Positions 46,591 through 57,418 of a stretch of 64,000 nt of DNA are shown in pieces. The notes beneath the pieces are model-generated. The model made no database searches and had not been told where the DNA came from. It worked only from the letters and a program-made list of their open reading frames with translations. Position 1 is the first letter of the stretch; every line of letters begins with the position of its first letter. Source of the DNA: Dehalococcoidia bacterium. GTDB lineage: Bacteria > Chloroflexota > Dehalococcoidia > JAUQQI01. The position numbers and the translations under genes are program-made. Location of the stretch: positions 20,130-84,129 of the forward strand of contig DAOTYJ010000132.1 in NCBI GenBank assembly GCA_034434875.1. The letters run 5' to 3'.

Positions 46591-47889
46591 TTACCTTTTG
46601 ACGGAGCCCACGACGAAAAGCCTGCCCAGGTTCCGCCGGTACCGGAAGTAGAGGTCGAGGAGGGCCTGGGCCAGGCGGTCCGGGTCGTGGTAGTGGGGGT
46701 TGGCCTCGTTGATGACGGGGGCCCAGACCACCCGGACCCCGGAAGGGAGGGGTCCGCCGGGCTCCGGCTTGACCACGTCCCATTCCGGGTGGGTGCTTTT
46801 GGCCGGGAGGCTGTTGGCCAGGACGTAATCGAAGGTGCCGCCCCCGGCCTGGTCCACCAGGGTCCGGACGTGGTCGGCCACGGTGAAGTTGTCGGTCTCC
46901 CCCTTCTGGGTGGCCACGTTGCAGACGTAAACCCGCAGGGCCCGGGTGGCCCGCAGGGCCTCCCGGATGCCCGAAACCATCAGGTTCGGCAGGACGCTGG
47001 TATAGAGGCTTCCGGGCCCGAGAACTACCAGGTCGGCGTCGAGGATCGCCTGCACCGCGGCCGCGTAGGCCGGCGGGTCGGGGGGCACCAGGAACACCCG
47101 CCGAATCCGGCCGGTCCGCTTGGGGATCTTCGATTCCCCCCGGACCACCTCGCCCGTCTCCAGCTCGGCGCAGAGCTGGATATCCGCCAGGGTGGCGGGC
47201 AGGACCCGGCCCTGCACGGCCAGGACCCGGCCCGACTCCAGGACCGCCTTTTCGAAGCTGCCGGTAACCTCCGTCAGGGCGGCGATGAAGAGGTTGCCGA
47301 AACTGTGGCCTTCGAGGCCGCCCCCGTTCTTGAACCGGTACTCAAAGAGCCGGGTCATGAGGGGCTCGGCGGTGGCCAGGGCGGTGATGCAGTTGCGGAT
47401 GTCCCCCGGGGGCAGGATGCCCAGCTCCTCCCGGAGGCGGCCGGAGCTTCCGCCGTCGTCGGCCACCGTAACGACGGCGGTGATCTGGCCGGTGTAGTTT
47501 TTAAGGCCCCGAAGCAGGGTGGAAAGGCCCGTGCCGCCCCCGATGGCCACGACCCGGGGTCCCCGCTTAAGGTACCGGCGCCGGTAAAGGATGTCTAAAA
47601 GCTGGGCGCCCGAATAGTCCCCGTGCACGGCCGAAAGGAGGGAGCGATTCAGCTTATAAAGGCCGAACCCGATGAGCCCCAGCCCGGCCCCCAGAAAGAG
47701 GAGCGCCCGAACCCAGCGGGGCAGAAACTGGAGGGTGGCGTAGTAAACCCACTCGGGGAAGGTGTAATAATCGTAAATGTCCCGGAGGACGTAGCCGAGG
47801 CCCAGGCCCACCACGGCGATGCCCAGCCCCAGGATGATAAGCCAGCGCTTTACCTCAATGCCCGGGGAAAGCCACCTCAGCAGGCTCAT
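46591..47889 (-). CDS. yvcK: Gluconeogenesis factor / YvcK family (UPF0052, CofD-like)
   Basis: N-terminal TM segment plus a CofD-like domain ([30 protein letters not shown]). Confidence 0.8.
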   Translation of the reverse strand: MSLLRWLSPGIEVKRWLIILGLGIAVVGLGLGYVLRDIYDYYTFPEWVYYATLQFLPRWVRALLFLGAGLGLIGFGLYKLNRSLLSAVHGDYSGAQLLDILYRRRYLKRGPRVVAIGGGTGLSTLLRGLKNYTGQITAVVTVADDGGSSGRLREELGILPPGDIRNCITALATAEPLMTRLFEYRFKNGGGLEGHSFGNLFIAALTEVTGSFEKAVLESGRVLAVQGRVLPATLADIQLCAELETGEVVRGESKIPKRTGRIRRVFLVPPDPPAYAAAVQAILDADLVVLGPGSLYTSVLPNLMVSGIREALRATRALRVYVCNVATQKGETDNFTVADHVRTLVDQAGGGTFDYVLANSLPAKSTHPEWDVVKPEPGGPLPSGVRVVWAPVINEANPHYHDPDRLAQALLDLYFRYRRNLGRLFVVGSVKR

Positions 47890-49376
47890 CCCGAACCGCC
47901 CCCCAGCCGCTCCTTAAGCAGCCGGTTGGTGAGGGCCGGGTCGGCTTTGCCCCGGGTTGCCTTCATCACCTGCCCCACCAGGAAGGTGAGGGCCTGGGCC
48001 TTGCCCTTCTGGTAGTCGGCGACGGCGGCCGGATTCTCGGCGATTACCCGGTCGATGACGGCTAAAAGCTGTTCGGCGTCGGTGATGCGCACCAGCCCCT
48101 GCTCGGCCACCACCTGACGGGGCAGTTTGCCGGTTCGGAAGACCTCTTCGAAGACCTGCTTGGCGAGCCGACTGCTTAAGGTGCCCTCTTCAAGGAGCTC
48201 GATGAGCTCCACGTAATGCTCCGGCCCGAGGCCGGTCTCGGCCAGGCTGCGGCCGGTGGCCTCCAGCAGGCCCCGGGTTTCGTTAAGCAGCCAGTTGGCC
48301 AGGGATTTGGCCCGCTGGGGCAGGGGGACTCTGGCCAGGGCCGGCCGGCCCTCGGTAAGCCTTACGGCCGCCTCGAAGAAGTCGGCCAGGGCCTTCTCCT
48401 CGGTGAGGAGGCCGGCGTCGTAGCGGCCCAGCCCATACTCGGCCATGAAGCGGTCCCGGCGGGCGTCGGGCAGTTCGGGAAGCCTCTGGCGGATGGACTC
48501 CACCCACTCCGGGGCCGGCGTAAGGGGCGGGAGGTCGGGTTCGGGGAAGTAGCGGTAATCGTGGGCGTACTCCTTGGTGCGCTGGGGTACGGTTATGCCC
48601 TTATCTTCCAGCCAGCCCCGGGTCTCCTGAACCACCTGCTGGCCGGCTTTAAGCAGGCCTATCTGCCGCTCGATCTCGTAGGCCAGGGCCCGGTAGACCG
48701 AGCGGAAGCTGTTCATGTTCTTGACCTCGACCTTGGTGCCGAAGCCGGCCTCCCCCACGGGCCGGACGCTTACGTTGGCGTCGCAGCGCAGGCTTCCCTC
48801 CTCCATGCTCCCGGAGGAGACCCCGAGGTACTGCAGGATGGTGCGCAGCTTGACGAGAAAGGCCCGGGCCTCTTCGGGGGAGCGGAGGTCCGGGGCGGTG
48901 ACGATCTCGAGGAGGGGCACCCCGCTCCGGTTAACGTCGACCAGGGAGTAGGTCTCCCCCGAGGGGTCGGTCCGGTGGAGGAGGCGGGCGGTATCCTCCT
49001 CCAGGTGGACCCGGATGATGCCCACCCGTTTGGTCCGGCCGTTCAGGTCGATATCGAGCCAGCCGTTGCGGCAGAGGGGCAGGTCGTACTGGGAGATCTG
49101 GTAGTTTTTCATCAGGTCGGGGTACATGTAGTTTTTGCGGTCGAACTTGGAGAACCGGGCGATTTCGCAGTTGAGGGCGAGGCCGGTCATAATAGTGTAT
49201 TCGACCGCCCGCCGGTTGATGACCGGCAGCACCCCGGGCATGCCCAGGCAGATGGGGCAGACCCGGGTGTTGGGCTCGGCCCGGGCGTAATCTAAGGCCA
49301 GGCACCGGCAGAACATTTTGCTCCGGGTTAGAAGCTGGGAGTGGACCTCAAGGCCGATGACCGCCTCGTACTCCAT
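47886..49376 (-). CDS. gatB: Asp-tRNA(Asn)/Glu-tRNA(Gln) amidotransferase subunit B
   Basis: 496 aa. N-terminus [15 protein letters not shown] with a Cys cluster (CRC...CPICLG). GatB/YqeY C-terminal domain. Confidence 0.9.
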   Translation of the reverse strand: MEYEAVIGLEVHSQLLTRSKMFCRCLALDYARAEPNTRVCPICLGMPGVLPVINRRAVEYTIMTGLALNCEIARFSKFDRKNYMYPDLMKNYQISQYDLPLCRNGWLDIDLNGRTKRVGIIRVHLEEDTARLLHRTDPSGETYSLVDVNRSGVPLLEIVTAPDLRSPEEARAFLVKLRTILQYLGVSSGSMEEGSLRCDANVSVRPVGEAGFGTKVEVKNMNSFRSVYRALAYEIERQIGLLKAGQQVVQETRGWLEDKGITVPQRTKEYAHDYRYFPEPDLPPLTPAPEWVESIRQRLPELPDARRDRFMAEYGLGRYDAGLLTEEKALADFFEAAVRLTEGRPALARVPLPQRAKSLANWLLNETRGLLEATGRSLAETGLGPEHYVELIELLEEGTLSSRLAKQVFEEVFRTGKLPRQVVAEQGLVRITDAEQLLAVIDRVIAENPAAVADYQKGKAQALTFLVGQVMKATRGKADPALTNRLLKERLGGGSG

Positions 49377-49489
49377 AGCCGCCTAATATTATCACAGTCC
49401 TGAGGCCGGGCCTGCGGTCCCCCGGGGATTTGTGGGCGGCCGGCCCATGTGTTAATATTAAGCTAGAATACGTGACGAGGGGGAAGCCC

Positions 49490-49768
49490 GTGGGAGAATC
49501 GGCCGGCAACGGTGCTGCAACCCGGAGCGAGCGCCACTCCTACACGCCGCTGGAGCTTTTCTTCCTCGGCCGGCTGGAGCGATTTCTCCGACTGCGCCGC
49601 CAGCACCGGGTCGACCAGCTGCCCCCGGAGCTGATAAAGCTCCTGGACAAGGCCATTCTTTCCACCTATCGGGACTGCCTCCAGCTGGGGATCGGCGAAG
49701 AGGCCCGCCGAATCCTGCGCCGCGAGCTCGGGCAGAGCTCGACCTCGTCCGGTTATTCGCAGTCGTAA
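49490..49768 (+). CDS. Hypothetical small protein (93 aa), Arg-rich helical
   Basis: GTG at 49490 preceded by a GAGGGGGAAG RBS and a TAGAAT -10-like element. No recognisable family. Confidence 0.4.
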   Translation: MGESAGNGAATRSERHSYTPLELFFLGRLERFLRLRRQHRVDQLPPELIKLLDKAILSTYRDCLQLGIGEEARRILRRELGQSSTSSGYSQS

Positions 49769-49804
49769 GTTTCAGGGCCGCCGGCCCTCGGCCCCAGTTT
49801 CCCG

Positions 49805-50461
49805 ATGGATTCGGCATCCAACGAACTCAAAGGCAATCTGTGGCTTGCCCGGGCGCTCTTTGACCTGGGTGGGGTCCAGTTCGGCAGTTTCACCCTGGGC
49901 CGCTCCACGGTCAACTCGCCCGTGTACATTAACCCCCGGGTGCTGGTGAGCCAGCCCCGGTATCTGAAGGCGGTGGCCGAGCTTATCCGCCAGGAGACCA
50001 GCTTCGGCCAGGCCCGCCGCCGCCCCCGAATCGCCCCCTTCGACCTGGTGGCCGGGGTTCCCTTCGGGGGCCTGCACCTGGCCACCGCCTTCTCCCTCCT
50101 CACCGAGACCCCGATGATTTACGTCCGGCCCGGGGGCGAAGAGGACCGCCGGATCGAGGGCCGCTACGAGGAGGGCCAGACGGTCCTCATCATCGACGAC
50201 CTGATAACCACTGGGGGCAGCATTCTGGAGACGGCCGGAATCCTCGAAGCCCACGGCCTTAAGGTGAGGGATGTTATTGTCCTGGTGGACCGGGAACAGG
50301 GGGCAACGGAGCGGCTCCGGCGCCGGGGCTACAACCTGGTCCCGATTCTGCGCCTTACGGTGATGCTCAACTATTACTACAATACGGGCCTCATCGACGA
50401 ATTCTGGTACCGGCGCAGCCTCGAATACCTCCGGGCCAACCAGGCCAGCCCCGAAGAATAA
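49805..50461 (+). CDS. pyrE: Orotate phosphoribosyltransferase
   Basis: N-terminal FGSFTLGRSTVNSPVYIN and PRPP-binding motif LIIDDLITTGGS. 218 aa. Confidence 0.8.
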   Translation: MDSASNELKGNLWLARALFDLGGVQFGSFTLGRSTVNSPVYINPRVLVSQPRYLKAVAELIRQETSFGQARRRPRIAPFDLVAGVPFGGLHLATAFSLLTETPMIYVRPGGEEDRRIEGRYEEGQTVLIIDDLITTGGSILETAGILEAHGLKVRDVIVLVDREQGATERLRRRGYNLVPILRLTVMLNYYYNTGLIDEFWYRRSLEYLRANQASPEE

Positions 50462-50545
50462 ACTGGAAATACTCTGCGACGACCAGGCATTTATATTTTA
50501 TATGATAAATTCCAGGGGCCTCATGCGGGCCCCTGAAGGCCGTTA

Positions 50546-51843
50546 GTGGGAGGTGTTACCGTGGCAGGCCGGGAATTTACCCTCAGCAAGGCCGACCCGG
50601 GGCCGCCGCAGCTTTGCAACCTCGGCCGGCTCCTCACCGCCCTGGAAGGCCGGGGAATCGACGGCCTTTTCTCCTACTACATCCCGGAACGTCCTTTACC
50701 TGAGCGGGTACGGGGCCGGCACCACCGGCATCTACGGTGAGGCCAACGGCGTGGCCGCCTCCGTCCTCTCCCGCCACGACCCGGACCATCCCATCGTCAT
50801 CGTCCCCGACTTCGAGGTCAATTTTTTTCCGGTATCAACCCACCTGGGTTCGGGATATCCGGCCTTACCGGAGCCTTATTGTTCCCCTCGACCTCCCCTG
50901 GAACCCGGATATGCTCGACCGGTTCGCCCCGGTCGAGACCCGAAGCCAGCCCTGGTACGCCGCCGCCAAGGCCAACTATTCCGGGGGCTTCATCGACGCC
51001 TGCGTAAAGGCGCTACAGGACCTCGGCCTGGATAAGGCCACCGTCGGCTTCGACAACCTCGCCTTTGCCCCCTTTGTGGCCGAACGGCTGCCGGATATGA
51101 AGGTCGTCGACGCTTATTCGCTCCTCAAATACGTTCGGATGGTAAAAACCGAAGCCGAACTGCGGCTCCTGAGGGAAGCCCACCTTCTCAACCAGGCCGC
51201 CATCGAGCGGGTGGTCGCTTCGTACGCTCCGGGGATGACCTGGCACGACCTGAATACTGCCTATTACCTGGGGGTGACCCGGCTGGGCGGGTTTGTGGTG
51301 GACCGGGGAAGCCTGGTCCTTTTCAATCCCCGGGGTAGTGAGCCGGTGCTCCAGTTTTCCAGCGGCCTTGAGCCGGATTTTCCCCTCGAGCCGGGCATGC
51401 ACGTTATGTTTGACTGTCACGGCCGCTGGAAAGGGTACAACTGGGACGGCGGGAAGACCTGGGTGGTGGGCGGGGTGGAGGCCGACGGCCGCAAAATAGC
51501 CCGGGTCTGCGGCGACGCCCTAGAAGAAGTCCTGAACGCCGCCCGGCCCGGGGTGAGGCTCAGCCGGCTGCAAGCCCTCGGCCGGCGGGTTTTCGAAAGG
51601 CACGGGGTGCCGGCGCCCGAGTCGGTGTTTATTTACTTTCACGGGGTCGGCCTGGACAACAGCGAGCACGAGTGGGGAACGCCCGCGGACTGGGTAATGG
51701 AGGCCGGGACGGTGGTTGCGGTCCACATATACTACCCGGGGGACGAACGGCACAGATATTACATTGAAGAATTCGGGGTGGTAACCCCCTCGGGGATAAG
51801 CCGCTTCTTCGGCTGGGACGTCCGGGAATCCCTCGCCGGCTAA
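50546..51843 (+). pseudogene. M24-family metallopeptidase (Xaa-Pro aminopeptidase / creatinase-like) disrupted by two +1 frameshifts
   Basis: Three consecutive frames together encode a complete M24 enzyme. The creatinase-N domain is GIDGLF...NVLYLSGYG. The pita-bread domain carries metal ligands HGVGLDNSEHEWG. One shift lies near 50683-50690 (CCC/GG). The other lies at the T7 homopolymer at 50822-50828. Confidence 0.6.
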
Positions 51844-51901
51844 CGGGCAATTAAATTTTTTAAAAGGTGTACGAACTTCGCGCGGACCTAGATTCACCCT
51901 A

Positions 51902-51931
51902 TTGACATCCGGTAAAACTGCCGATTACAAT
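51902..51931 (+). promoter_or_regulatory. Near-consensus sigma-70 promoter: TTGACA (51902-51907), 18-nt spacer, TACAAT (51926-51931), upstream of the ABC ATPase gene
   Basis: Direct sequence match. About 38 nt upstream of the GTG start, with a GGAGGGGAG RBS in between. Confidence 0.45.
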
Positions 51932-51969
51932 TGCAGTAGCCAGGCTCCAGACCGGAGGGGAGATTAACC

Positions 51970-53091
51970 GTGGCCCGGGTAGTCTGGGACCAGGTGACGA
52001 AAAAGTTCGGGCAGGTCATTGCGGTCGATAACCTTACCCTTGCGGCCGAAGACGGGGAGTTTCTGGTCCTGGTGGGTCCTTCCGGCTGCGGCAAGACCAC
52101 GGCCTTAAGGCTTGTGGCCGGCCTGGAGGAGCCCACCGCCGGCCTCATCTGGATCGGCGACCGGGTGGTGAACGACCTCCCGCCCCGGGACCGGGACGTG
52201 GCCATGGTCTTTCAAAGCTACGCCCTTTATCCCCACATGAGCGTTTATGATAACATGGCCTTCGGGCTCAAGCTTCGGGGGGTGCCCAAGGCCGAGATCG
52301 ACCGGCGGGTAAAGCAGGTGGCCGAAATTCTGGGCATCGCCGACCTGCTGGACCGAAAGCCCCGCCAGCTTTCGGGGGGCCAGCGCCAGCGGGTGGCCCT
52401 GGGCCGGGCCATCGTCCGGGAGCCCAAGGTCTTTTTGATGGACGAGCCTTTGTCCAACTTAGATGCCAAGCTCAGGGTCCAGACCCGGGCCGAACTTAAA
52501 AAGCTTCACCAGGCCCTGAAGACTACCACCATTTATGTTACCCACGACCAGGTTGAGGCGATGACCATGGGGACCCGGATTGCGGTGATGAACAGAGGGG
52601 TCCTCCAGCAGGTGGATACCCCCCAGAACGTGTATGAGCATCCGGCCAACATCTTCGTGGCCGGGTTTATCGGCAGCCCGGCCATGAACTTTTTTAAGGG
52701 CCGGCTTTTGAGCCGGGACTCAAAGCTTTACGTGGACTTAGCGGATTTTGAGGTCGAACTTGCCGACCGGCTGGGGAAGGCCCTTTTGGGGCGGGGGGTC
52801 GGACCCGAGGTGGTCCTTGGGGTGAGGCCCGAGCACATCCGGCTGGCCGGTCGGGCTGGGGCCGGGATCCGGTGCCGGGTGGAGGTGGTGGAGCCGTTAG
52901 GCAGCGAAACCTTGGTCCACGTAACCAGCGGGCGGCACACCTGGACGGTCTGGCTTCCGGGGATGCTGAATGTGGAGGCCGGGATGATTTTAGAGCTGGA
53001 ATTTGACCCGGAAAAGCTCCACCTTTTCGACCCGAAAACCGAGCAGGCTTTAATCGGGCCCGAGCTTAGGGCCCTGGCGCGGACGGGTTAA
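51970..53091 (+). CDS. Sugar ABC transporter ATP-binding protein (MalK/UgpC/MsmX family)
   Basis: Walker A GPSGCGKTT, ABC signature LSGGQRQR and Walker B VFLMDEP. C-terminal TOBE/MalK regulatory domain. 373 aa. Confidence 0.85.
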   Translation: MARVVWDQVTKKFGQVIAVDNLTLAAEDGEFLVLVGPSGCGKTTALRLVAGLEEPTAGLIWIGDRVVNDLPPRDRDVAMVFQSYALYPHMSVYDNMAFGLKLRGVPKAEIDRRVKQVAEILGIADLLDRKPRQLSGGQRQRVALGRAIVREPKVFLMDEPLSNLDAKLRVQTRAELKKLHQALKTTTIYVTHDQVEAMTMGTRIAVMNRGVLQQVDTPQNVYEHPANIFVAGFIGSPAMNFFKGRLLSRDSKLYVDLADFEVELADRLGKALLGRGVGPEVVLGVRPEHIRLAGRAGAGIRCRVEVVEPLGSETLVHVTSGRHTWTVWLPGMLNVEAGMILELEFDPEKLHLFDPKTEQALIGPELRALARTG

Positions 53092-53112
53092 AACCTGGGA
53101 AAGGAGGGTCCG

Positions 53113-54440
53113 ATGAGCAAGCCGTGGCGTAAGGTCATAACCTGCCGGGAGTTTCTGGGCGGGGCCCTGGCGGGGGCCGGGGCTCTGGCGGCGGCGTGCG
53201 CCCCCACCCAACCGGCCGGCCAACAGGCCCCGGCCGTTGAGGGGCGGCCGACCCAGCTTCTGGTCCTCTGGCAGTCAAGCTTCGTTCAGGAGCAGGACAA
53301 GCTCCTGGACCAGATGGCCCAGGAGTGGGGCCGCAAAAACAACGTTGAAGTGAGGGTTGAACACATCGCCTATAACGACACCCCCGCCCGGATCGCGGCC
53401 GCCATCCAGTCGGGTTCCGGACCGGACGTGGTCCGCTGGACGTAGGGCTGGCCCTGGATCTACGAGAACTCCCTGGTGGACGTCTCCAAAGAAGTCGAAG
53501 AGCTTGTCAAGCGGCTGGGCGGAATTTATCCGGATGCCGAGGCTTATAGTAAAGTTAACGGCGTCTGGCGGGCCATCCCCTGGAGCGTTAACCCGGGCGC
53601 TTTTGTCTACCGGACCGATTACTTTAAGGCCGCCACGCCCAGATTCCGACCACCTGGGACGAGTTTATCCAGGAAGGCAAGAAACTTAAGGCCTACGGCA
53701 AGCCTTTCGGCCAGGCCCTGGGCCACTCCTACGGGGACCCGCCCAGCTTCTGGTACCCGTGGCTCTGGGCCTGGGGCGGCAAGGCAGTCCTTGAGGACGG
53801 CAAGACCGTTGCCTTAGAGAGTGACGCCACCATTCTGGCCGTAGAAAAGGCCATCGAGCTCTTTTACGGGGCCCTGGACGAGAGCGGCCTTTCCTGGGAC
53901 GACACCTCCAACAACCGGGCCTACCTGGCCGAGCAGATTTCGTGTACCCTGAACGGGGCCAGCATCTACTTCGTGGCCAAGCGGGATTTTCCGAAAATCG
54001 CTGAGGTTTCGGACCACTTCGTCCATCCCAGGGGGCCGGCGGGGCAGTTCTCCCTCCACGCCCTCTTTAGCCTGGGGATCATGTCTTATTCGAAAAACGT
54101 CCAGGCGGCCAAAGACCTTATCATGTACCTTATGGACCCCCAGCAGTACTCCAAGTGGGTGGACGTGGGCCTGGCCTACGAATTTGCCCCCTTTAAGTCC
54201 TCCGAAAACGACCCGGTCTGGAACAAAGACCCGAAGATTAAGGCCTTCCGGGACGTGGTAGTTAACGGCTCGGGCCGGTGGCCGGGCTGGCCTGGGCCTC
54301 CCACGGCGAAGGCCGCCCAGGTGCGGGAAGCCTATATAATCGTCGACCTTTTCGCCAAAGCCGTCTCGCGGGAGTTCGAGCCGGCCGACGCCGTGAAGTG
54401 GGCGGCCGGCCAGCTCCGGCAAATTTATGGCCGCTCGTAG
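53113..54440 (+). pseudogene. Family-1 extracellular solute-binding protein (sugar ABC SBP) with in-frame TAG at 53443-53445 and a -1 frameshift near 53638-53641
   Basis: N-terminal lipoprotein-like signal (ALAAACAPTQ). SBP motifs continue across the TAG (GPDVVRWT*GWPWIYENSLVDVS...VWRAIPW...YFKAA). The frame then changes (QIPTTWDEFIQEGKKLKAYGKPFGQALG...) through to the stop at 54438-54440. Confidence 0.6.
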
Positions 54441-54483
54441 ATCCGGGCCGGAGACGCCGGCCGCCCTTTAGGGACTGATTCCG

Positions 54484-55431
54484 GTGGCCAAAAAGGGCGT
54501 TCTTGCCGAAGCCCCGGCCGCGGCCGTAGCCAGGCGGCCGCCCCGGGCCTGGAGCCCAGGGGCCCTCCTCGAACGGGAGGAGGTCCTGGGCTACCTGCTC
54601 ATGCTCCCGGCCCTCGCCCTGCTCACGGTCTTCGTCCTTTACCCCTTTCTTTACGGAATCTGGCTTGCCCTGACCGACAGCCGGATCGGCGTCCCCGGCG
54701 AGTTCGTGGGCCTGAGAAATTTCGTCGAGCTTACCCGGGACTCGATTTTCCAGCAGACCTTCCGCAACACATTTCTTTACACCGGTGTTACCACCGTTTT
54801 TAAGCTCATCTTCGGCCTGGCCGTAGCCGTCCTGCTTAACAACAGCTTTCCGTTAAAGCGGTTCGTTCGGGCGGCGGTGCTTCTGCCCTGGATCGTGCCC
54901 ACGGTTCTGAGTGCCCTGGCTTGGCTCTGGATGTTCGATTCGACCTTTAGCGTCCTTAACTGGGTGCTGGCCCGCTTCGGAATAAAGGGGCCCGTCTGGC
55001 TGGGCAATGACCCCTGGCCGATGGTCTCGCTGATGATAGTCAACATCTGGCGGGGCACCCCCTTCTACGCCATAAGCTTTCTGGCCGGCATGCAGACGAT
55101 AAACCAGGAGCTTTACGAGGCGGCGGCCATCGACGGGGCCAGCCGCTGGCAGATGTTCCGCCACATCACCCTCCCCCTCCTGAAGCCGGTAATCACCATC
55201 GTGCTTTTGCTTTCGGTTATCCTGACCTTTTCGGACTTTCAGCTTATTTACGTGCTGACCCGGGGTGGGCCGGCCAACAGCACCCACCTCTTCGCCACCC
55301 TGGCCTACCAGGTGGGGCTGCCCTCCGGGGAGATCGGCCGGGGCGCGGCCATCTCCCTTTTCAGCTTCTCCGCCCTGTGCGTGACGGTATTTCTCATCCT
55401 CTGGTATATGCGCAGGCAGGAGCTGGACTGA
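54484..55431 (+). CDS. Sugar ABC transporter permease (MalF/UgpA-like)
   Basis: 6 TM segments with the EAA-type loop (LYEAAAIDGASRWQMFRHITLP). 315 aa. Confidence 0.8.
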   Translation: MAKKGVLAEAPAAAVARRPPRAWSPGALLEREEVLGYLLMLPALALLTVFVLYPFLYGIWLALTDSRIGVPGEFVGLRNFVELTRDSIFQQTFRNTFLYTGVTTVFKLIFGLAVAVLLNNSFPLKRFVRAAVLLPWIVPTVLSALAWLWMFDSTFSVLNWVLARFGIKGPVWLGNDPWPMVSLMIVNIWRGTPFYAISFLAGMQTINQELYEAAAIDGASRWQMFRHITLPLLKPVITIVLLLSVILTFSDFQLIYVLTRGGPANSTHLFATLAYQVGLPSGEIGRGAAISLFSFSALCVTVFLILWYMRRQELD

Positions 55432-55432
55432 G

Positions 55433-56274
55433 ATGGCCCCCAGGCCGGCGGCGATTCTGGACCGCTTCGTGAGCATTTACATCCCTGTGGTCATAACCTT
55501 AATAGTCCTACTTTTCCCCTTTTACTGGATGGGAATAACCTCAATTAAGCCCAATGCCGAGCTTTTTGACGTGAAGGGTAATCCCTTTATCGTGCTTCGG
55601 TCAACCCTGGACCACTACCGGTACCTGTCCGAGCGAACCCTCTTTGCCCACTGGATGTTGAACACCACGGTGGTGGCCACCCTTTCGACGGCGATTTCTT
55701 TGGCCCTGTCGGTCCCGGCCGGCTACGCCCTGGCCCGGTTTCGATCCCCGGGGGGAACCCTGCTGGGCTGGGCGATTTTCGTCACCTACCTGGTCCCCCA
55801 AACCCTCCTCTTTCTGCCCCTGGCCCAGGTGATCAACTGGCTCGGCCTGGCCAACACCCTCTGGTCCCTGGTGCTCACCTACCCGACCTTTCTGGTCCCC
55901 TTCGGCTCCTCATCGGCTATTTCCGGTCCATTCCTAAAGACCTGGAGGAATCGGCCCTGGTGGACGGGGCCACTCGGGTCCAGGCCCTGATAAAGGTGGC
56001 CCTGCCCCTGGCCATCCCCGGGATCCTTTCGGTGGGAATCTTCTCCTTCACCCTCTCCTGGAACGAGTTTATCTACGCCCTGGTCTTCATCTCCGACCCC
56101 GCCAACAAGACCGTCCCGGTGGGGGTCACCTCGGAGCTTATCCGGGGGGATGTGTTCTTCTGGGGGAGCCTCATGGCCGGGGCCCTTTTGGGTTCAGTTC
56201 CGGTGGCCCTGATTTACTCATTCTTCGTAGAATATTTCGTAGCCGGGCTTACCGCCGGGGCCGTCAAAGGCTAA
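55433..56274 (+). pseudogene. Sugar ABC transporter permease (MalG/UgpE-like) with -1 frameshift near 55904-55907
   Basis: Frame 1 encodes TM1-4 up to LTYPTFLVPFG. The shifted frame continues LLIGYFRSIPKDLEESALVDGATRVQALIKVALPLAIPGIL (EAA loop) to 56274. Confidence 0.6.
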
Positions 56275-56351
56275 ACCGGGGTTAACCGCCTACCCTTGGG
56301 AGGAACGGGCTGAGGGGAAAGTTTTTACGCAGGGTCCTCTGGCTGGCGGTT

Positions 56352-57356
56352 GTGGCGGCCCTCCCCTCGACGGCCGCCGCCCACGTCCGCTGGTTTGTGC
56401 CCGAATGGCTGCGCCTTCAGCCGCCGGATTTCGGCCTCATCGCCGCCTGGCCGACCCTGGCCGTCATCGGGGCCAGCCTGGTTCTCTTCCTCGGGTTGCG
56501 CCTGCTCCGGCGGCTGGTGGGCAGCCCCCATTGGCCCAACCCGCCCCTCCTGGCTTACATGGAGCCCTGCGCCACCGCCCTGCTGGCCGTCCACACCGGC
56601 ATCAGCCTGGTCTGGTTCGCCTATCAGCGCAACCTCTTCGTTCCCCAGCTGGTGCTTCCCCCGAACCTGCTCGGCTGGCTCCTGGTCGGGCTGCAGGTCT
56701 TTGTGGCCTTTACGCTTATCACCGGCCTCTTCGACCGGGCCGGGGCCTTGCTTTTGGTCGTCGTCTTCCTGCTGGGGTTTTTGCTCTTTCCGCCCCTGGC
56801 CATGCTAAGTCAGCTTCATTACGTGGGCATTGCCGTGGCCCTTTTTGTCCTGGGTCGGACCGTTCCCCCGGAGTGGGTGGCCCGGAAGCTGGCCTGGGTT
56901 TCCCAGTATGAAACCGAGGCGGTGGCGGCCCTGCGCATTTTTACCGGTCTTTCCCTGGTGGTGGCCGCCTTTGACGAGAAGCTCCTCGCCCCCGAGCTGG
57001 GCCGGGCCTTCCTGGCCCAGTACCCCCATTTCAACTTCATGCGGTCGGTCTTCGGTTTCGAGTGGTTCGACGACGACCTCTTTGTGACCGCCGCCGGTAT
57101 CGCCGAGGCCACCATCGGCGTCCTGCTCATAACCGGCGTCCTCACCCGGGTTGTCATCCTGGGAATGTGGGTGCCCTTTAACCTGACGGTGCCCTTGCTG
57201 CCCCCGGTGGAGCTTCTGGGACACCTGCCCATCTTCGGCATCATGTATGTCCTGCTCCTTTACGGGTCGGGGATTCCGCCCCGGGCCGCCGTGCGCCTGC
57301 TGGAGCCGGCCATTCGGGGCGAAATGGCGGAGGCCCGCCGGCGCTTTCAAGGTTAG
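56352..57356 (+). CDS. Hypothetical polytopic membrane protein
   Basis: 334 aa with ~8 hydrophobic segments. GTG start. A signal-peptide-like in-frame stretch upstream has no canonical start. Confidence 0.5.
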   Translation: MAALPSTAAAHVRWFVPEWLRLQPPDFGLIAAWPTLAVIGASLVLFLGLRLLRRLVGSPHWPNPPLLAYMEPCATALLAVHTGISLVWFAYQRNLFVPQLVLPPNLLGWLLVGLQVFVAFTLITGLFDRAGALLLVVVFLLGFLLFPPLAMLSQLHYVGIAVALFVLGRTVPPEWVARKLAWVSQYETEAVAALRIFTGLSLVVAAFDEKLLAPELGRAFLAQYPHFNFMRSVFGFEWFDDDLFVTAAGIAEATIGVLLITGVLTRVVILGMWVPFNLTVPLLPPVELLGHLPIFGIMYVLLLYGSGIPPRAAVRLLEPAIRGEMAEARRRFQG

Positions 57357-57418
57357 GGGCGGGCGGGGGCCGGCGAGGACCCCGTCGGATCGGGTAAAAT
57401 CATCCCCGGGAGGTCGGC

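Noticed and set aside
43562-46783. 1073-aa form of the YfhO-family protein overlapping yvcK by 192 nt
   Set aside because: Same-strand overlap of that size is implausible. ATG 46573 lies 17 nt downstream of the yvcK stop and precedes the first TM helix.
53443-53445. In-frame TAG in the solute-binding protein as pyrrolysine or other programmed recoding
   Set aside because: TAG terminates cysM (31639-31641) and this SBP itself (54438-54440). No pyl-like genes are in the window. The lesion sits in a segment with four other inactivating mutations, so simple pseudogenisation or error is the parsimonious reading.
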